NCBI GenBank assembly: GCA_020353515.1
Contig: CP070695.1
Location: 3,823,908 to 3,887,907 of the forward strand
DNA from: Candidatus Heimdallarchaeota archaeon
GTDB taxonomy: Archaea; Asgardarchaeota; Heimdallarchaeia; Hodarchaeales; Hodarchaeaceae
DNA length: 64,000 nt
Reading direction: 5' to 3'
How positions within the stretch are numbered: the first letter of the stretch is position 1; every line of letters starts with the position of its first letter. The notes below the pieces were generated by a model. That model was given only the letters and a program-made list of their open reading frames with translations. It did no database searches and was not told where the DNA came from. Shown here one piece after another: positions 30,856 to 44,157 of this stretch. Both the position numbers and the translations under genes were made by a program.

Positions 30856-32775
30856 TTATATATAACTTAATTTTCCACCGGCAAGGAGTATTTTGCGATC
30901 ACGCTCTGAAAGATCATATGAAGTTTCTATGTCAAATCTTTGGGTAACATCTCGGATGATAATGGTTTGATTTTCTTCTAAGGCTTTACGCACTCCTTTA
31001 ATCTCTAAAATATCATTTTCTTTAATTTTGTCATAATCCGCTGTGTTTGCGAAAGATAAAGGAAGAATTCCGAAGTTAATTAAGTTGTCCCGATGAATAC
31101 GGGCAAAGGACTTCGTAAGGACGGTCTTTATTCCTAGATACATTGGAGCAAGTGCTGCATGTTCCCTGCTTGAACCTTGACCGTAATTCTCACCGCCAAT
31201 TATGATTCCCCCGCCTTCCTCTTTACTTTCAAGAGCTCGCTCGGGGAATGTTGGATCGACCTGCTCGAACACATGCTTACTAATTTCAGGAAGATTAGAC
31301 CTTAGAGGTAGAATCTTTGCTCCTGCAGGCATGATATGATCCGTAGTGACGTTATCTTCTGTTTTAATGAGCACTTTGAATTGAAAATCGTCAGGAAGCG
31401 CTTGGAATTCTGGTAATGGGGCAATATTGGGGCCTCGGATTATCTCGACCTCTTCAGGTTTGTCAGATGGTTTAAGAATCATTGAGTCATCGATTTCAAT
31501 TGATTTGGGAATTTCAATTTTTGGAAAGTCTCCTAATTTTCGGGGATCTGTGAACTCTCCAAAAACAGCGGCAGCCACAGCAACTTCTGGACTGACCAAA
31601 TATGCATTTGCACTTTTTGTTCCACTTCTACCATAAAAATTCCTGTTGAAAGTACGGGCAATTGTTGCATCTGTCTTAGGAGCAAAACCCATGCCAATGC
31701 ATGGACCACAAGCAGTCTCAAGAATCCGAGCTCCTGCGGTAATCATATCAGCCAAACTACCATCTTTTGATAATTGCATTAACACTTGACGTGATCCAGG
31801 AGAAATACCTAAAACTGTGTCTGGATGGATTTTCCGTCCTTTTAGAAGAGCTGCAGCAGTTAACATGTCTTTTAATGAACTATTAGTGCAAGATCCGATT
31901 GCTACTTGGTCTACCTTCATTCCTTCAACTTCAGATAGAGGAATAACGTCACCTGGAGAATGGGGTTTAGCAACAAGGGGTTCCAGTTCAGAAAGATTGA
32001 TCTCTATTATCTCATCAAAATCATCATCGCTTCCAGCAGGAATTTCCATCCATTGATCTTCCCTTTCTTGCCATTTAAGAAACTCACGCGTGATTTCATC
32101 AGAGGGGAAAATTGATGTTGTTGCTCCAGTTTCAGCCCCCATGTTTGTAATAGTAGCTCGCTCGGGAACTGATAGTGTTTTCACTCCTGAACCAAAGTAT
32201 TCTAGGATTTTACCAACACCACCTTTTACTGATATCCTCCTGAGAACTTCTAAGATTACATCTTTGGCAGTAACATAATCTGGTAAAGATCCAGTTAGTT
32301 TGACTCCTACCATCTTCGGTGTTTTGAGATAAAATGGACCCGCACCCATTGCTACAGCAACATCAAGACCACCAGCACCGATTGCAATTGCACCCATTCC
32401 ACCAGCTGTTGGAGTATGCGAATCAGAACCAATCATTGTCTTTCCTGGTCTCGCAAAACGCTCGAGAAAAACTTGATGGCAGATACCATTACCAGGTCTA
32501 GAAAACATAATGCCATATTTTGCTGCGACTGATTGTAGATACCGATGGTCATCAGGGTTTTTAAAATCTGTTTGTAACGTATTATGATCTACAATTGACA
32601 CAGATAATTCTGTCTTGACCTTATCAAGACCCATTGCTTCAAATTGAAGGTATGCCATCGTTCCAGTGGCATCTTGAGTCAGAGTATGATCAATACGAAT
32701 ACCAATTTCTTCTCCGATCTCAAATTTTCCCTCAACAAGATGATCTTCTAATATTTTCTTTGCTATGGATACCAT
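30856..32775 (-). CDS. Aconitate hydratase (short, single-chain ~640 aa type)
   Basis: TQDATG, DHN, GSDSHT, GSCTN, ACGPCIG, NRNF, TTDHI, GSSREHAA. Confidence 0.9.
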   Translation of the reverse strand: MVSIAKKILEDHLVEGKFEIGEEIGIRIDHTLTQDATGTMAYLQFEAMGLDKVKTELSVSIVDHNTLQTDFKNPDDHRYLQSVAAKYGIMFSRPGNGICHQVFLERFARPGKTMIGSDSHTPTAGGMGAIAIGAGGLDVAVAMGAGPFYLKTPKMVGVKLTGSLPDYVTAKDVILEVLRRISVKGGVGKILEYFGSGVKTLSVPERATITNMGAETGATTSIFPSDEITREFLKWQEREDQWMEIPAGSDDDFDEIIEINLSELEPLVAKPHSPGDVIPLSEVEGMKVDQVAIGSCTNSSLKDMLTAAALLKGRKIHPDTVLGISPGSRQVLMQLSKDGSLADMITAGARILETACGPCIGMGFAPKTDATIARTFNRNFYGRSGTKSANAYLVSPEVAVAAAVFGEFTDPRKLGDFPKIEIPKSIEIDDSMILKPSDKPEEVEIIRGPNIAPLPEFQALPDDFQFKVLIKTEDNVTTDHIMPAGAKILPLRSNLPEISKHVFEQVDPTFPERALESKEEGGGIIIGGENYGQGSSREHAALAPMYLGIKTVLTKSFARIHRDNLINFGILPLSFANTADYDKIKENDILEIKGVRKALEENQTIIIRDVTQRFDIETSYDLSERDRKILLAGGKLSYI

Positions 32776-32927
32776 TCACCAAACATCCTATTCTTAAAAG
32801 GTATTAAGCTGTTTTTTCAGTATTTAGCTTGATTAAAAAAAGGCTTTTACAAATTTATAAATTCTTTTTACTAAATGATTTCCATGAACGAATTATTAGC
32901 TCTCCTCTTTCGCGTAGTTTCAATAAT

Positions 32928-36047
<3,120 letters not shown>

Positions 36048-36196
36048 TCATCAACTTTTCTCGAATATCTCATTCCCCTTTTAAAGGTTTGAATTATTAT
36101 AACTTGATATATCTCTAGTATCTACCTTTTTCTGCTAAACGTTTAAAAAAAAAATCTTGAAAAATGTCCACAATCAAGAAAGGTGGATTAAATACA

Positions 36197-36664
36197 ATGA
36201 GCAAACAGGAAAAAGTGGAATTCTACAAAGAACAAATCAACATAGAGAACACAATAGTTGAAAAGGCTGAAAAAGCAGTCCAAGGGATGGAAAATATTCT
36301 GATTCGGGAACTAATTCTTGGGATCGCTTTGGATTCAAAAAAGCATGCAGGCATGTTAAATGCATTAGTGAGTATATATACCAAACCAACTCCCTCTGTT
36401 GCCGAAGAATTCGGAGAAGATCTGAAAAAAGCTATTGCAGAGCACATTGAGCTAGAACAGCAAGCAATTGATGCTTATCAGGAACAATTAGACAACACCG
36501 ATAATGAAAGTGAAAAACTCATCATCAAGGCCATCCTCAATGATGAAAAAAAGCACCACACGCTCCTCCAAACAATCCAAAAAATGATTGTTGAAAAATT
36601 AACCCTATCAGAAAATGAGCTTTGGGAGATGGTAGAAGAAAGCTTTTTTGATTTCGGGGAATAG
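36197..36664 (+). CDS. Ferritin/rubrerythrin-like diiron four-helix protein
   Basis: Duplicated E...DSKKH and E...DEKKH motifs; ATG at 36197. Confidence 0.75.
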   Translation: MSKQEKVEFYKEQINIENTIVEKAEKAVQGMENILIRELILGIALDSKKHAGMLNALVSIYTKPTPSVAEEFGEDLKKAIAEHIELEQQAIDAYQEQLDNTDNESEKLIIKAILNDEKKHHTLLQTIQKMIVEKLTLSENELWEMVEESFFDFGE

Positions 36665-36684
36665 AAGCTTATTATACGGATTTT

Positions 36685-36720
36685 GGAGACCCTTTTTAGG
36701 GTTCTGATCTCCCTTTTTTT
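36685..36720 (+). terminator. Putative terminator between convergent ferritin-like and hdrA genes
   Basis: GGAGA-CCCT-TTTT-AGGG-...-TCTCC followed by T7. Confidence 0.55.
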
Positions 36721-36790
36721 GTACAGTTATCTTAGGAATAGAAGAAAAGAAAACTCCCAATCCTTTTAGTTAAATTTGAAAAATCTGTAT

Positions 36791-39181
36791 TTAGGCAGCA
36801 GCCTTTGCTTCTTTGTGAGCAACCTCATGATTTTTACGAGCAATTTTACTCATCTCTGTGACGACATCAGCAAATTTCTTGCCCTCAGCAGCTGACATCC
36901 ATTCAATGATAAAGCGCTCATCAGCGATACCTTGTTTCTTCATCCAGCGACGAATCTTTCTCTCACGCTTCAATGCCCAATCGTTTCCAGAGATATAATG
37001 ACAGTCTTGAGGATGACACCCAGTCAGCATTACAGCACCTGCACCTCGTTCAAAAGCCCGCTTGATGAAGTCAACATCGACACGTCCAGAACACATAGTC
37101 CTAACTATACGGGAATTGGTTGGATACTGAATTCGGCTTGTTCCAGCAAGATCAGCGCCTCCATACGAGCACCAATTGCAAGCGAAGATCATCACCTTCT
37201 CTGAAGCGTTATCTCTTAGGGCAATGTCTACTTGTCGAAGGATCATCGCGTCAGTAAAGTTAGTCATGGTAATGCAGTCTTTTGGACAATCTGCGGCACA
37301 GGTTCCGCATCCTTTACACAAGATGGGGTTGACATGAGCTGGAGTCTTTTTCTTCGTATCCACACTAATAGCATTGTATGGGCAACGTTTTGCACATGTT
37401 CCACAGGAATTGCACAGTTCGGTATCTACATAGGCAAACAGGGGTTCAACACTAAACTCTCCTTTAGTAAGTAATCGTGTAACTCTTCCTGCTGAAGCAC
37501 TAGCCTGAGTAACACACTCACGAATGTCTTTTGGAGCTTCTGCCCCGCCAGCAATGAATACACCATCAGTTGGAGTATCAACGGGTTTTAATTTGGGGTG
37601 AGCTTCAATATAGAACCCTTTAGGATCTCTTGAGACAGGAAATGGTATGGGATATGCAGAACCTTCCGCCCCAACAGAAAGTACAACTAGATCGAATTCT
37701 TTAGTAAGAAGTTTTCCTGACCGAGTATCTTCTACAGATACAAAGAGATTATTATCTCCAGGATTCTCTTCTATCAAACTTGGACGTCCACGGATATAAT
37801 GAACTCCTTCCTCTCTAGAACGAGTGTAAAGCTCCTCAAAACCTTTACCAAAGGCTCTAATGTCCATATAGAAAACAGAAATATCTACTTCAGGCCAGTG
37901 TTCTTTGATGAGTAGACTATCTTTTATAACTTCCATGCAGCAGAAATTACTACAGTATGGGTTGAATCGAACGTCTCGTGATCCGACACAATTGATAAAT
38001 GCGACACTTTTAGGAGGTTTAAGGTCACTGGGCCTAACAAGTTCTCCCGAGGTAGGACCAGCAGCATTAATCAAACGTTCAAATTCGAAAGTTGTTACAA
38101 CATTAGGATACTGTCCCCATCCGTATTCAGGGATCTTAGAGGCATCAAAAATCTCAAAACCCGTTGCTACAATTATTGAACCAACTTTATAGGTATATGT
38201 CTTTTCAGTATCCTCGTAATTAATAGCTTCTTTATCACATGTGCCAGCACACTTTCCACATGCTAAAGGGGAAAGTCCAAGGCAGTTATCGGTATCTATC
38301 AAGTAAGCTGCTGGGACAGACTGTGGATATGGAATATATATTGCTTTTCTCCAACCTAGATTACCAGAATACTCGTCAATGACGTTTACAGGACAGATAT
38401 CTATGCAATCATTACATGCTGTACAAAGATCCTCGTCAACATAGCGTGCTTGCTTCTTAATTGTAACCTCAAAATTCCCCACATATCCTTCAATATTTGT
38501 TACTTCTGCACTTGCAATTAAATCGATATTCTGGTGATTACCCACATCAGCCATTTTTGGACCAAGGATACAAATAGAACAATCCATTGTAGGAAATGTT
38601 TTGTCAATTAAAGCCATTTTTCCGCCAATCGTCGGACTTTTCTCAACCATGACGACTTGATAATCATCAGCTAAGTCTAACGCTGCCTGAATCCCAGCTA
38701 CTCCTCCACCGATGATCAATACCCTTTTCTCAACAGGAACTACGATTTCGTCAACAGCCTCGAGTAACTCGGCCTTGGCTATTGCCATTTCAGTTAATTC
38801 TTTTGCTTTTAAGGTCGCTTCTTCTTTCTCATGAAGATGTACCCAAGAGCAATGTTCTCTGATATTAGCAACCTCGACTACTTCTGGGTTCATTCCAACA
38901 CGTTTTAACAGGTTTTTCCATGTTGGAAGATGTAATCTTGGGGAACAGGCTGATACAACTATTTTTTCTATTCCTTGTTCTTTAATTGCTTCCTCAATTT
39001 CAACTTGTCCTGGATCTGAACAAGTATAGGTGTTTACCTGAACGAGTTTTACTCCTGGTAACTGCTCTGCTTCTTTAGCTATTTCATCGATATCAACGGT
39101 ACCACCAATATTCTTCCCACATTTACAGAGAAAAACACCAATTTTAGATTCTTCAGTTGGTTGATCTACACTTTCAGTCAT
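36791..39181 (-). CDS. hdrA: Heterodisulfide reductase subunit A fused to MvhD (HdrA-MvhD)
   Basis: CKCG, ACSP, GGGVAG, KTFPTMDC, CVGSRD...YCSNFCC, ferredoxin CxxCxxC motifs; C-terminal MvhD ACNWCSY...MCSGRV...GCHPQDCHY. Confidence 0.95.
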   Translation of the reverse strand: MTESVDQPTEESKIGVFLCKCGKNIGGTVDIDEIAKEAEQLPGVKLVQVNTYTCSDPGQVEIEEAIKEQGIEKIVVSACSPRLHLPTWKNLLKRVGMNPEVVEVANIREHCSWVHLHEKEEATLKAKELTEMAIAKAELLEAVDEIVVPVEKRVLIIGGGVAGIQAALDLADDYQVVMVEKSPTIGGKMALIDKTFPTMDCSICILGPKMADVGNHQNIDLIASAEVTNIEGYVGNFEVTIKKQARYVDEDLCTACNDCIDICPVNVIDEYSGNLGWRKAIYIPYPQSVPAAYLIDTDNCLGLSPLACGKCAGTCDKEAINYEDTEKTYTYKVGSIIVATGFEIFDASKIPEYGWGQYPNVVTTFEFERLINAAGPTSGELVRPSDLKPPKSVAFINCVGSRDVRFNPYCSNFCCMEVIKDSLLIKEHWPEVDISVFYMDIRAFGKGFEELYTRSREEGVHYIRGRPSLIEENPGDNNLFVSVEDTRSGKLLTKEFDLVVLSVGAEGSAYPIPFPVSRDPKGFYIEAHPKLKPVDTPTDGVFIAGGAEAPKDIRECVTQASASAGRVTRLLTKGEFSVEPLFAYVDTELCNSCGTCAKRCPYNAISVDTKKKTPAHVNPILCKGCGTCAADCPKDCITMTNFTDAMILRQVDIALRDNASEKVMIFACNWCSYGGADLAGTSRIQYPTNSRIVRTMCSGRVDVDFIKRAFERGAGAVMLTGCHPQDCHYISGNDWALKRERKIRRWMKKQGIADERFIIEWMSAAEGKKFADVVTEMSKIARKNHEVAHKEAKAAA

Positions 39182-39199
39182 TGTTATCACTTAATATCA

Positions 39200-40069
39200 T
39201 TATTTCTTCTTTTGAGCCACATCTCGAAGATGTTGAACCTTCTGACTAAAACCCTCCCTTGGCGCATCAACAAACTCCCCGCAGATTATCTTCCCCTGTT
39301 TGAAGTCAAATGTAGCTTCATGAGGTGGCCAATCAGTTTTTATCCTCACTTGATTTTTTATCCAGTCTAACATCTGGACAGCGTCACCGAGCTTGTTCTT
39401 GCGACCGTATTGGGTGAAACATGGAGCAAGCACTTCGATGAAGCTAAATCCTGGATTATCAAATGATTTTAAAATGCTGTTTCTTAATCTGATAGTGTCA
39501 TATCCAGGCCAACGGGCAACATAACTTGCCCCTGAAGCTGCTGCTAATGAAACTAAATTGAATGGAGGTTCAATATTCCCATAAGGAGTGGTTGTTGTGA
39601 AGTCACCTATCTGAGTGGTCGGAGCACATTGACCTCCAGTCATCCCATAGACATTGTTATTTATACACAGAACGGTTATTTCTACATTTCTTCTACAGGC
39701 ATGGATGAAATGATTCCCACCAATGGCAAAAAGATCTCCGTCTCCTGAAAGAACAACTACTTCAAGATTAGGATTTGCCAGTTTCAACCCTGTAGCAAAG
39801 GGAATAGCTCTCCCATGCGTTGTGTGAAAAGCAGGAGAATTAAAACATCCACTAGATCGGCCAGTGCAACCAATACCTGAAACCACTGCATAATCTTTAG
39901 ATGTGAGACCTCTTTCTGCAAAACAGCTAGTTATAGATGTTATTGCTGATCCGATCAGACAACCAGGACAAAAGATAAATCGATGTAAGTTTAACCTTTC
40001 ATGTAAGGGATGATCCTCAGGGATCTCGTCAGAACTTTTTGGAGCTGGAATTTTATCTGTTGTTGTCAT
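39200..40069 (-). CDS. korB: 2-oxoacid:ferredoxin oxidoreductase beta (TPP-binding) subunit
   Basis: FCPGC, SGIGC, HTTHGR, GDGD, YGMTGGQ. Confidence 0.9.
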   Translation of the reverse strand: MTTTDKIPAPKSSDEIPEDHPLHERLNLHRFIFCPGCLIGSAITSITSCFAERGLTSKDYAVVSGIGCTGRSSGCFNSPAFHTTHGRAIPFATGLKLANPNLEVVVLSGDGDLFAIGGNHFIHACRRNVEITVLCINNNVYGMTGGQCAPTTQIGDFTTTTPYGNIEPPFNLVSLAAASGASYVARWPGYDTIRLRNSILKSFDNPGFSFIEVLAPCFTQYGRKNKLGDAVQMLDWIKNQVRIKTDWPPHEATFDFKQGKIICGEFVDAPREGFSQKVQHLRDVAQKKK

Positions 40070-40071
40070 AT

Positions 40072-41226
40072 TTAAACCTCCTTTAGCAACTCCTCATAAA
40101 TAAACCGTGGACTGAAGGGAATGGTTGTTGGTACTAAACTACCAGTTACTTCAAATCCAAGATGTCGGAATCGTTCAACTTCTCGGATCACTTGACCATA
40201 ATTCATTTCGCTAACAATCACTTTTTTCAAGCCAAGCTGACCTAATTTTTCCATGAGTTTTTCGGGAAAAGGCCACAACGTTCTTAATCTCACTAAACCG
40301 ACCTTATGGCCTTCTTTGCGTGCACGTTCAACTGCCTCGGGAACGCCTCTTGAATTAATACCATAAGATAAAATAACCGTCTCGGCATCATCTAAATGTT
40401 GTTCCTCCCATGGGACGTATTCATTAATCGCAACGCTCGCGTTTCTAATCTTATCACAAAGACGTGTAATAAGCTTTATCGCTCTCTCTGGAGTCATATC
40501 TGGACTTCCAGTGTCATCATGAGTCAACCCTGTTACATAAAAGTTATATTCTGTTCCAGCTGTAGCCATACCTGGAACCAAGTCCTCATCGAGAACTTCA
40601 AATGGTTTGTATTCCTCTGGAGGAACTTGGGGAGGTTTTCGGTTGATAACTTCAAAATTTGAGTGATACCTTACAGGTTCCATCATTTGACCTACTATGC
40701 CATCTGATGCAATAATAACTGGTGTTCGATACTTCTCAGCTAAATTAAAACCATATATAGAGAAATCGTAACATTCTTGAACTGTACCTGGAGCAAGAAC
40801 GATCATCTCATAATCCCCATGTGAAAGGTATCGTGTTTGCATAACATCAGATTGTGAGGCTTTAGTAGGTTGTCCAGTGCTAGGTCCCCCTCGCATCACA
40901 GTGATAACTACCATAGGTGCTTCCAACATGAATCCTAAACCAATAGTTTCCGCCATTAAGGACAATCCAGGACCAGATGTCGCAGTCATTGCTTTAACAC
41001 CAGCGTAGGAAGCTCCTACTACCGAAACAATCGAAGCTAGTTCATCTTCCATTTGGATGAAGGTACCACCAACTTGAGGAAGACGTCTTGACATATAATG
41101 GGCAATTTCTGAGGATGGAGTAATGGGATACCCTCCAAAGTAGCGGCAGCCAACCGCAATAGCTCCTTCAGCACTCGCATAATTTCCAGTAGTAAGTACT
41201 AGCTTTCCATTATTATCACTACTCAT
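40072..41226 (-). CDS. korA: 2-oxoacid:ferredoxin oxidoreductase alpha subunit
   Basis: GYPITPSS, QMEDE, TATSGPG, RGGPSTG, EMNYGQ. Confidence 0.9.
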   Translation of the reverse strand: MSSDNNGKLVLTTGNYASAEGAIAVGCRYFGGYPITPSSEIAHYMSRRLPQVGGTFIQMEDELASIVSVVGASYAGVKAMTATSGPGLSLMAETIGLGFMLEAPMVVITVMRGGPSTGQPTKASQSDVMQTRYLSHGDYEMIVLAPGTVQECYDFSIYGFNLAEKYRTPVIIASDGIVGQMMEPVRYHSNFEVINRKPPQVPPEEYKPFEVLDEDLVPGMATAGTEYNFYVTGLTHDDTGSPDMTPERAIKLITRLCDKIRNASVAINEYVPWEEQHLDDAETVILSYGINSRGVPEAVERARKEGHKVGLVRLRTLWPFPEKLMEKLGQLGLKKVIVSEMNYGQVIREVERFRHLGFEVTGSLVPTTIPFSPRFIYEELLKEV

Positions 41227-41507
41227 GAACTCTCCTCCTGTAGTAATTGTATCTCAGTTACAAATATTGAGACAGAGGGGCAGATCCGCTCACACTGTTG
41301 ACACCCTACACATTCATCTGGCTTAACAGCAATCGCAGGGTGTAACATTCTTGAGTTGTATGCCTCCATATCGATCTCCAATACGTCTGTTGGACAGAAC
41401 TCCACACATAATTCACATCCATCACACTGTTCAGGTAGTATCGTCACGACATACTCCTTATCAGTAGTTGGAGGAGGTAATATGGGCTTCCGTTGGCTTC
41501 TTAACAT
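41223..41507 (-). CDS. korD: 2-oxoacid:ferredoxin oxidoreductase delta subunit (2x[4Fe-4S] ferredoxin)
   Basis: CDGCELCVEFCP and CVGCQQCERICP. Confidence 0.9.
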   Translation of the reverse strand: MLRSQRKPILPPPTTDKEYVVTILPEQCDGCELCVEFCPTDVLEIDMEAYNSRMLHPAIAVKPDECVGCQQCERICPSVSIFVTEIQLLQEESS

Positions 41508-42076
41508 TTTCTTTCCTCTTTGTGAAGTTTAGACTTCCAATCAATATTTTTCTTAGTTGTGCTTCAATTTAATGACTAGGCTTTTAACTTTGTTTTCTAT
41601 TTCGCTGATTCGTTTTCACTTTATAGTTACTTCTTAATCATAAGATCTGATAACTAAAATCACTAATTAGCGAACCTTGTGTAATTTTTCAATTGTTAAC
41701 TATTAAAGATGAGATATTTTCTAATAATAACAACAAAAGATTTATCTGACTTGTAAAGATTCTTAGTCAATCTTTTTAAGCAGATGCTAGCAATAAGACT
41801 GATTACTTAATCTAGTATCTTGACGATCTATTCAAGGATTCTTTGATTCAATAGGTAGAGTAATATCTCCAACTATTCCGATACATAATAGCTGATGATT
41901 ATTTATAATAATTATTCTACGCAGGTCAAAATTAAACAATTGTTATGTGTGAAAATAATACCATTCTATCTAATGGTAGATCCTGCTTCAAAATATAATA
42001 TAGATTGTAGCAAGTAAAAGTAATAATAATGAAATTATTCTTGATTCAAAAATTGAAAAAAAAAAAGGGAGTATCT

Positions 42077-42658
42077 CTATTTTAGGATTGGATATTTCTC
42101 TACGAAAGAAAGTTTTGACCATTTTTCGCCTAAGCCAAGGTAATTCCCAACTGGCACTATAATGAATAATAATAGTACTAGAATATAGATAATGTGTTCA
42201 TCGATTAAAGGATTAAATACCATAGTACCTTGAGCTGGAGCAATTATCCACTCCGAGAGGTATACTGAAGATAGAAAGATTATTGTAGAAATACTTGATA
42301 GTCTTACAAGTACACCAGACATGAGTCCAACACCAGCGAACAGCAACATTCCCATATAAGCAATATCTACTAGTTGATATGCATTCCCTAAGGTGTCGGA
42401 GAAGAGGAAGGCGAATGGGCTATTCTGGTTTACACCATAAAACTGCAAAAATCCTTGTGTAGGAGATGCACCAGCAAGCCACGAGTTTTCAGGTGCTGTA
42501 GCAAACCTTAAACCGAACATTTTATCTAAGAATGGCCAAAGGAACACAAAACCCATCGCTATTCTTATTATACCAAGAGTTTTTTGATCAAGATTATATT
42601 TTTCGAACTTAGAATTCAATTCTTTTCCCTCTATGATTAGTTTGATTCTAATTAACAA
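42077..42658 (-). CDS. DoxX-family membrane protein (start probably ~35 nt downstream of 42658)
   Basis: RIAMGFVFLWPFLDK, GASPTQGFL, NPLIDEHIIY, YLGLG. Confidence 0.8.
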   Translation of the reverse strand: MLIRIKLIIEGKELNSKFEKYNLDQKTLGIIRIAMGFVFLWPFLDKMFGLRFATAPENSWLAGASPTQGFLQFYGVNQNSPFAFLFSDTLGNAYQLVDIAYMGMLLFAGVGLMSGVLVRLSSISTIIFLSSVYLSEWIIAPAQGTMVFNPLIDEHIIYILVLLLFIIVPVGNYLGLGEKWSKLSFVEKYPILK

Positions 42659-42665
42659 TTGTTAA
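42652..42665. promoter_or_regulatory. Perfect 14-bp palindrome TTAACAATTGTTAA, candidate operator
   Basis: Lies between the divergent DoxX and M50-like genes; partial copies at 41690-41699 and 41935-41944. Confidence 0.45.
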
Positions 42666-42720
42666 ACTAGATATATTATCTTTAGGTTTTGTTTTTCGGA
42701 ACCCTTATTATTGAGATTAT

Positions 42721-43404
42721 TTGTTTAATTATTTGGATATAATGAAAAGAAAAGAACATGAATCGCTTTTAGTTGTAAAAAAAAGTAAATTTCTATTTTC
42801 AATTACATTCACTTTCGTACTTCCAATCTGTACCGTGTTCTCTCCACTTCCATTGTTAATTTTCAATATCCTTTATTTTCCTTTTACTCTAGCTCATGAA
42901 GTAGGACATTTCGTTGTAATAAAATTAGTTTTACCATCATTGGATCCTCATTTAAAGTTCTATATTTCCAATGGAGAATTTTGTTGTGCATGTTTAACTA
43001 CTAATGAATTTCCTCACTGTTGGCAATCTATTATTGCCATGTTTGCTGGATCTACTTCAGTAATCACTTTAGCAATTCTAGGTTCATTGTTTTGGATGAA
43101 ATCGGGGAGTTTAAATGATACAGGAAAGTATTATCTTACTTTTGGCGTATTAGCTGATCTTCCCAACCTTTTACCTATTTTACCCTCTACTTTAAGGTTT
43201 GTTAACGATGGTTTTGCAATAAATTCTTATCTCTGCCAGATGGGATATTCATTCTCCTTATCAAATAAGATATCATATCTTTTTTCAGTAATCTCGATTC
43301 TAATGGTTCTAACATCCTTCTTCTTCCTTGGGATGTTTCTTTACCGCTTAGGTGAACATCTAGTAACTAAATTCGAAAAAGGAGAAATGAATGAATCAAT
43401 TTGA
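42721..43404 (+). CDS. Membrane zinc metalloprotease-like protein (M50-like)
   Basis: TLAHEVGH inside a hydrophobic segment, FAG, NLLP...NDG. Confidence 0.65.
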   Translation: MFNYLDIMKRKEHESLLVVKKSKFLFSITFTFVLPICTVFSPLPLLIFNILYFPFTLAHEVGHFVVIKLVLPSLDPHLKFYISNGEFCCACLTTNEFPHCWQSIIAMFAGSTSVITLAILGSLFWMKSGSLNDTGKYYLTFGVLADLPNLLPILPSTLRFVNDGFAINSYLCQMGYSFSLSNKISYLFSVISILMVLTSFFFLGMFLYRLGEHLVTKFEKGEMNESI

Positions 43405-43419
43405 TTACTCATAACTATA

Positions 43420-44157
43420 TCAGTTTTTGCTAAGAATATCTATTTTCAAAAGGTTTTCAGGAGGTTCTTGCGCATTAATAGACCAATCATACTTTATATA
43501 TTTGATTCTCGCCTTTTTGTAGGTTTCAATGATTGACTTTTCAGCGTCCTGTAGATATTTCAATATGAATCCTTTCACTCCACCCTGAATCTCAAAATCT
43601 TTCGTATACCACTTGAATATAGGATTTAAATATAAAATATCCTTCTCTGTATCTAAGAAGACATGATCCTTATCATTAATGAAACTTAATGTAAGTGAAT
43701 CCAAAAATTTATCTAAAGTTTCTGGATCGAAAAGTCTCTTAGGTAAATTGGGACACGATTTTGAAGCACAATTGATTGCAAAGTGAATTCTGGGATCTTT
43801 GAAACGTTTCCGTAAGATTTTATTCTCTAGATTACGTAAATTGATTTTTTTTCCTGCCACATTGAATCTTCTTAAAAAGAAGAATCTTATTTTATTGAAG
43901 AGAGAAAGATTCCCTTTCCAGTTTGGATTTCGCTCTAATTCTATATATACTCCTTTAATCGTAAGTATATTGTAAGCATTTAACCAAAATGCGAACTCTT
44001 CGTTCTGATTCATGTTATGTAAGTCTGCTGTTTTCAGGTGTTGAACTTGATCAATTAACCATTCGTCTTTCTTTAACTTTTCATAGTTTACGAGACCATT
44101 ACTATCTATATATGGTTTAAGGGCACTTAAATGGTCAAAAGGAGTTGTAGAGGACAT
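43420..44157 (-). CDS. DUF547 domain protein
   Basis: AFWLNAYN, DPRIHFAINCASKSCP, IFKWY, YDWSIN. Confidence 0.9.
   Translation of the reverse strand: MSSTTPFDHLSALKPYIDSNGLVNYEKLKKDEWLIDQVQHLKTADLHNMNQNEEFAFWLNAYNILTIKGVYIELERNPNWKGNLSLFNKIRFFFLRRFNVAGKKINLRNLENKILRKRFKDPRIHFAINCASKSCPNLPKRLFDPETLDKFLDSLTLSFINDKDHVFLDTEKDILYLNPIFKWYTKDFEIQGGVKGFILKYLQDAEKSIIETYKKARIKYIKYDWSINAQEPPENLLKIDILSKN

Noticed and set aside
36791-39181. Selenocysteine (UGA) recoding in HdrA/MvhD, as occurs in some archaea
   Set aside because: The ORF is uninterrupted and the relevant motifs use Cys (CNWC, MCSGR, GCHPQDC).
41508-42076. Possible degraded korC (gamma subunit) gene
   Set aside because: No ORF of 60 aa or more and no recognisable gamma-subunit GxGGQG-type motif by eye; a tBLASTn would be needed to exclude a highly decayed relic.
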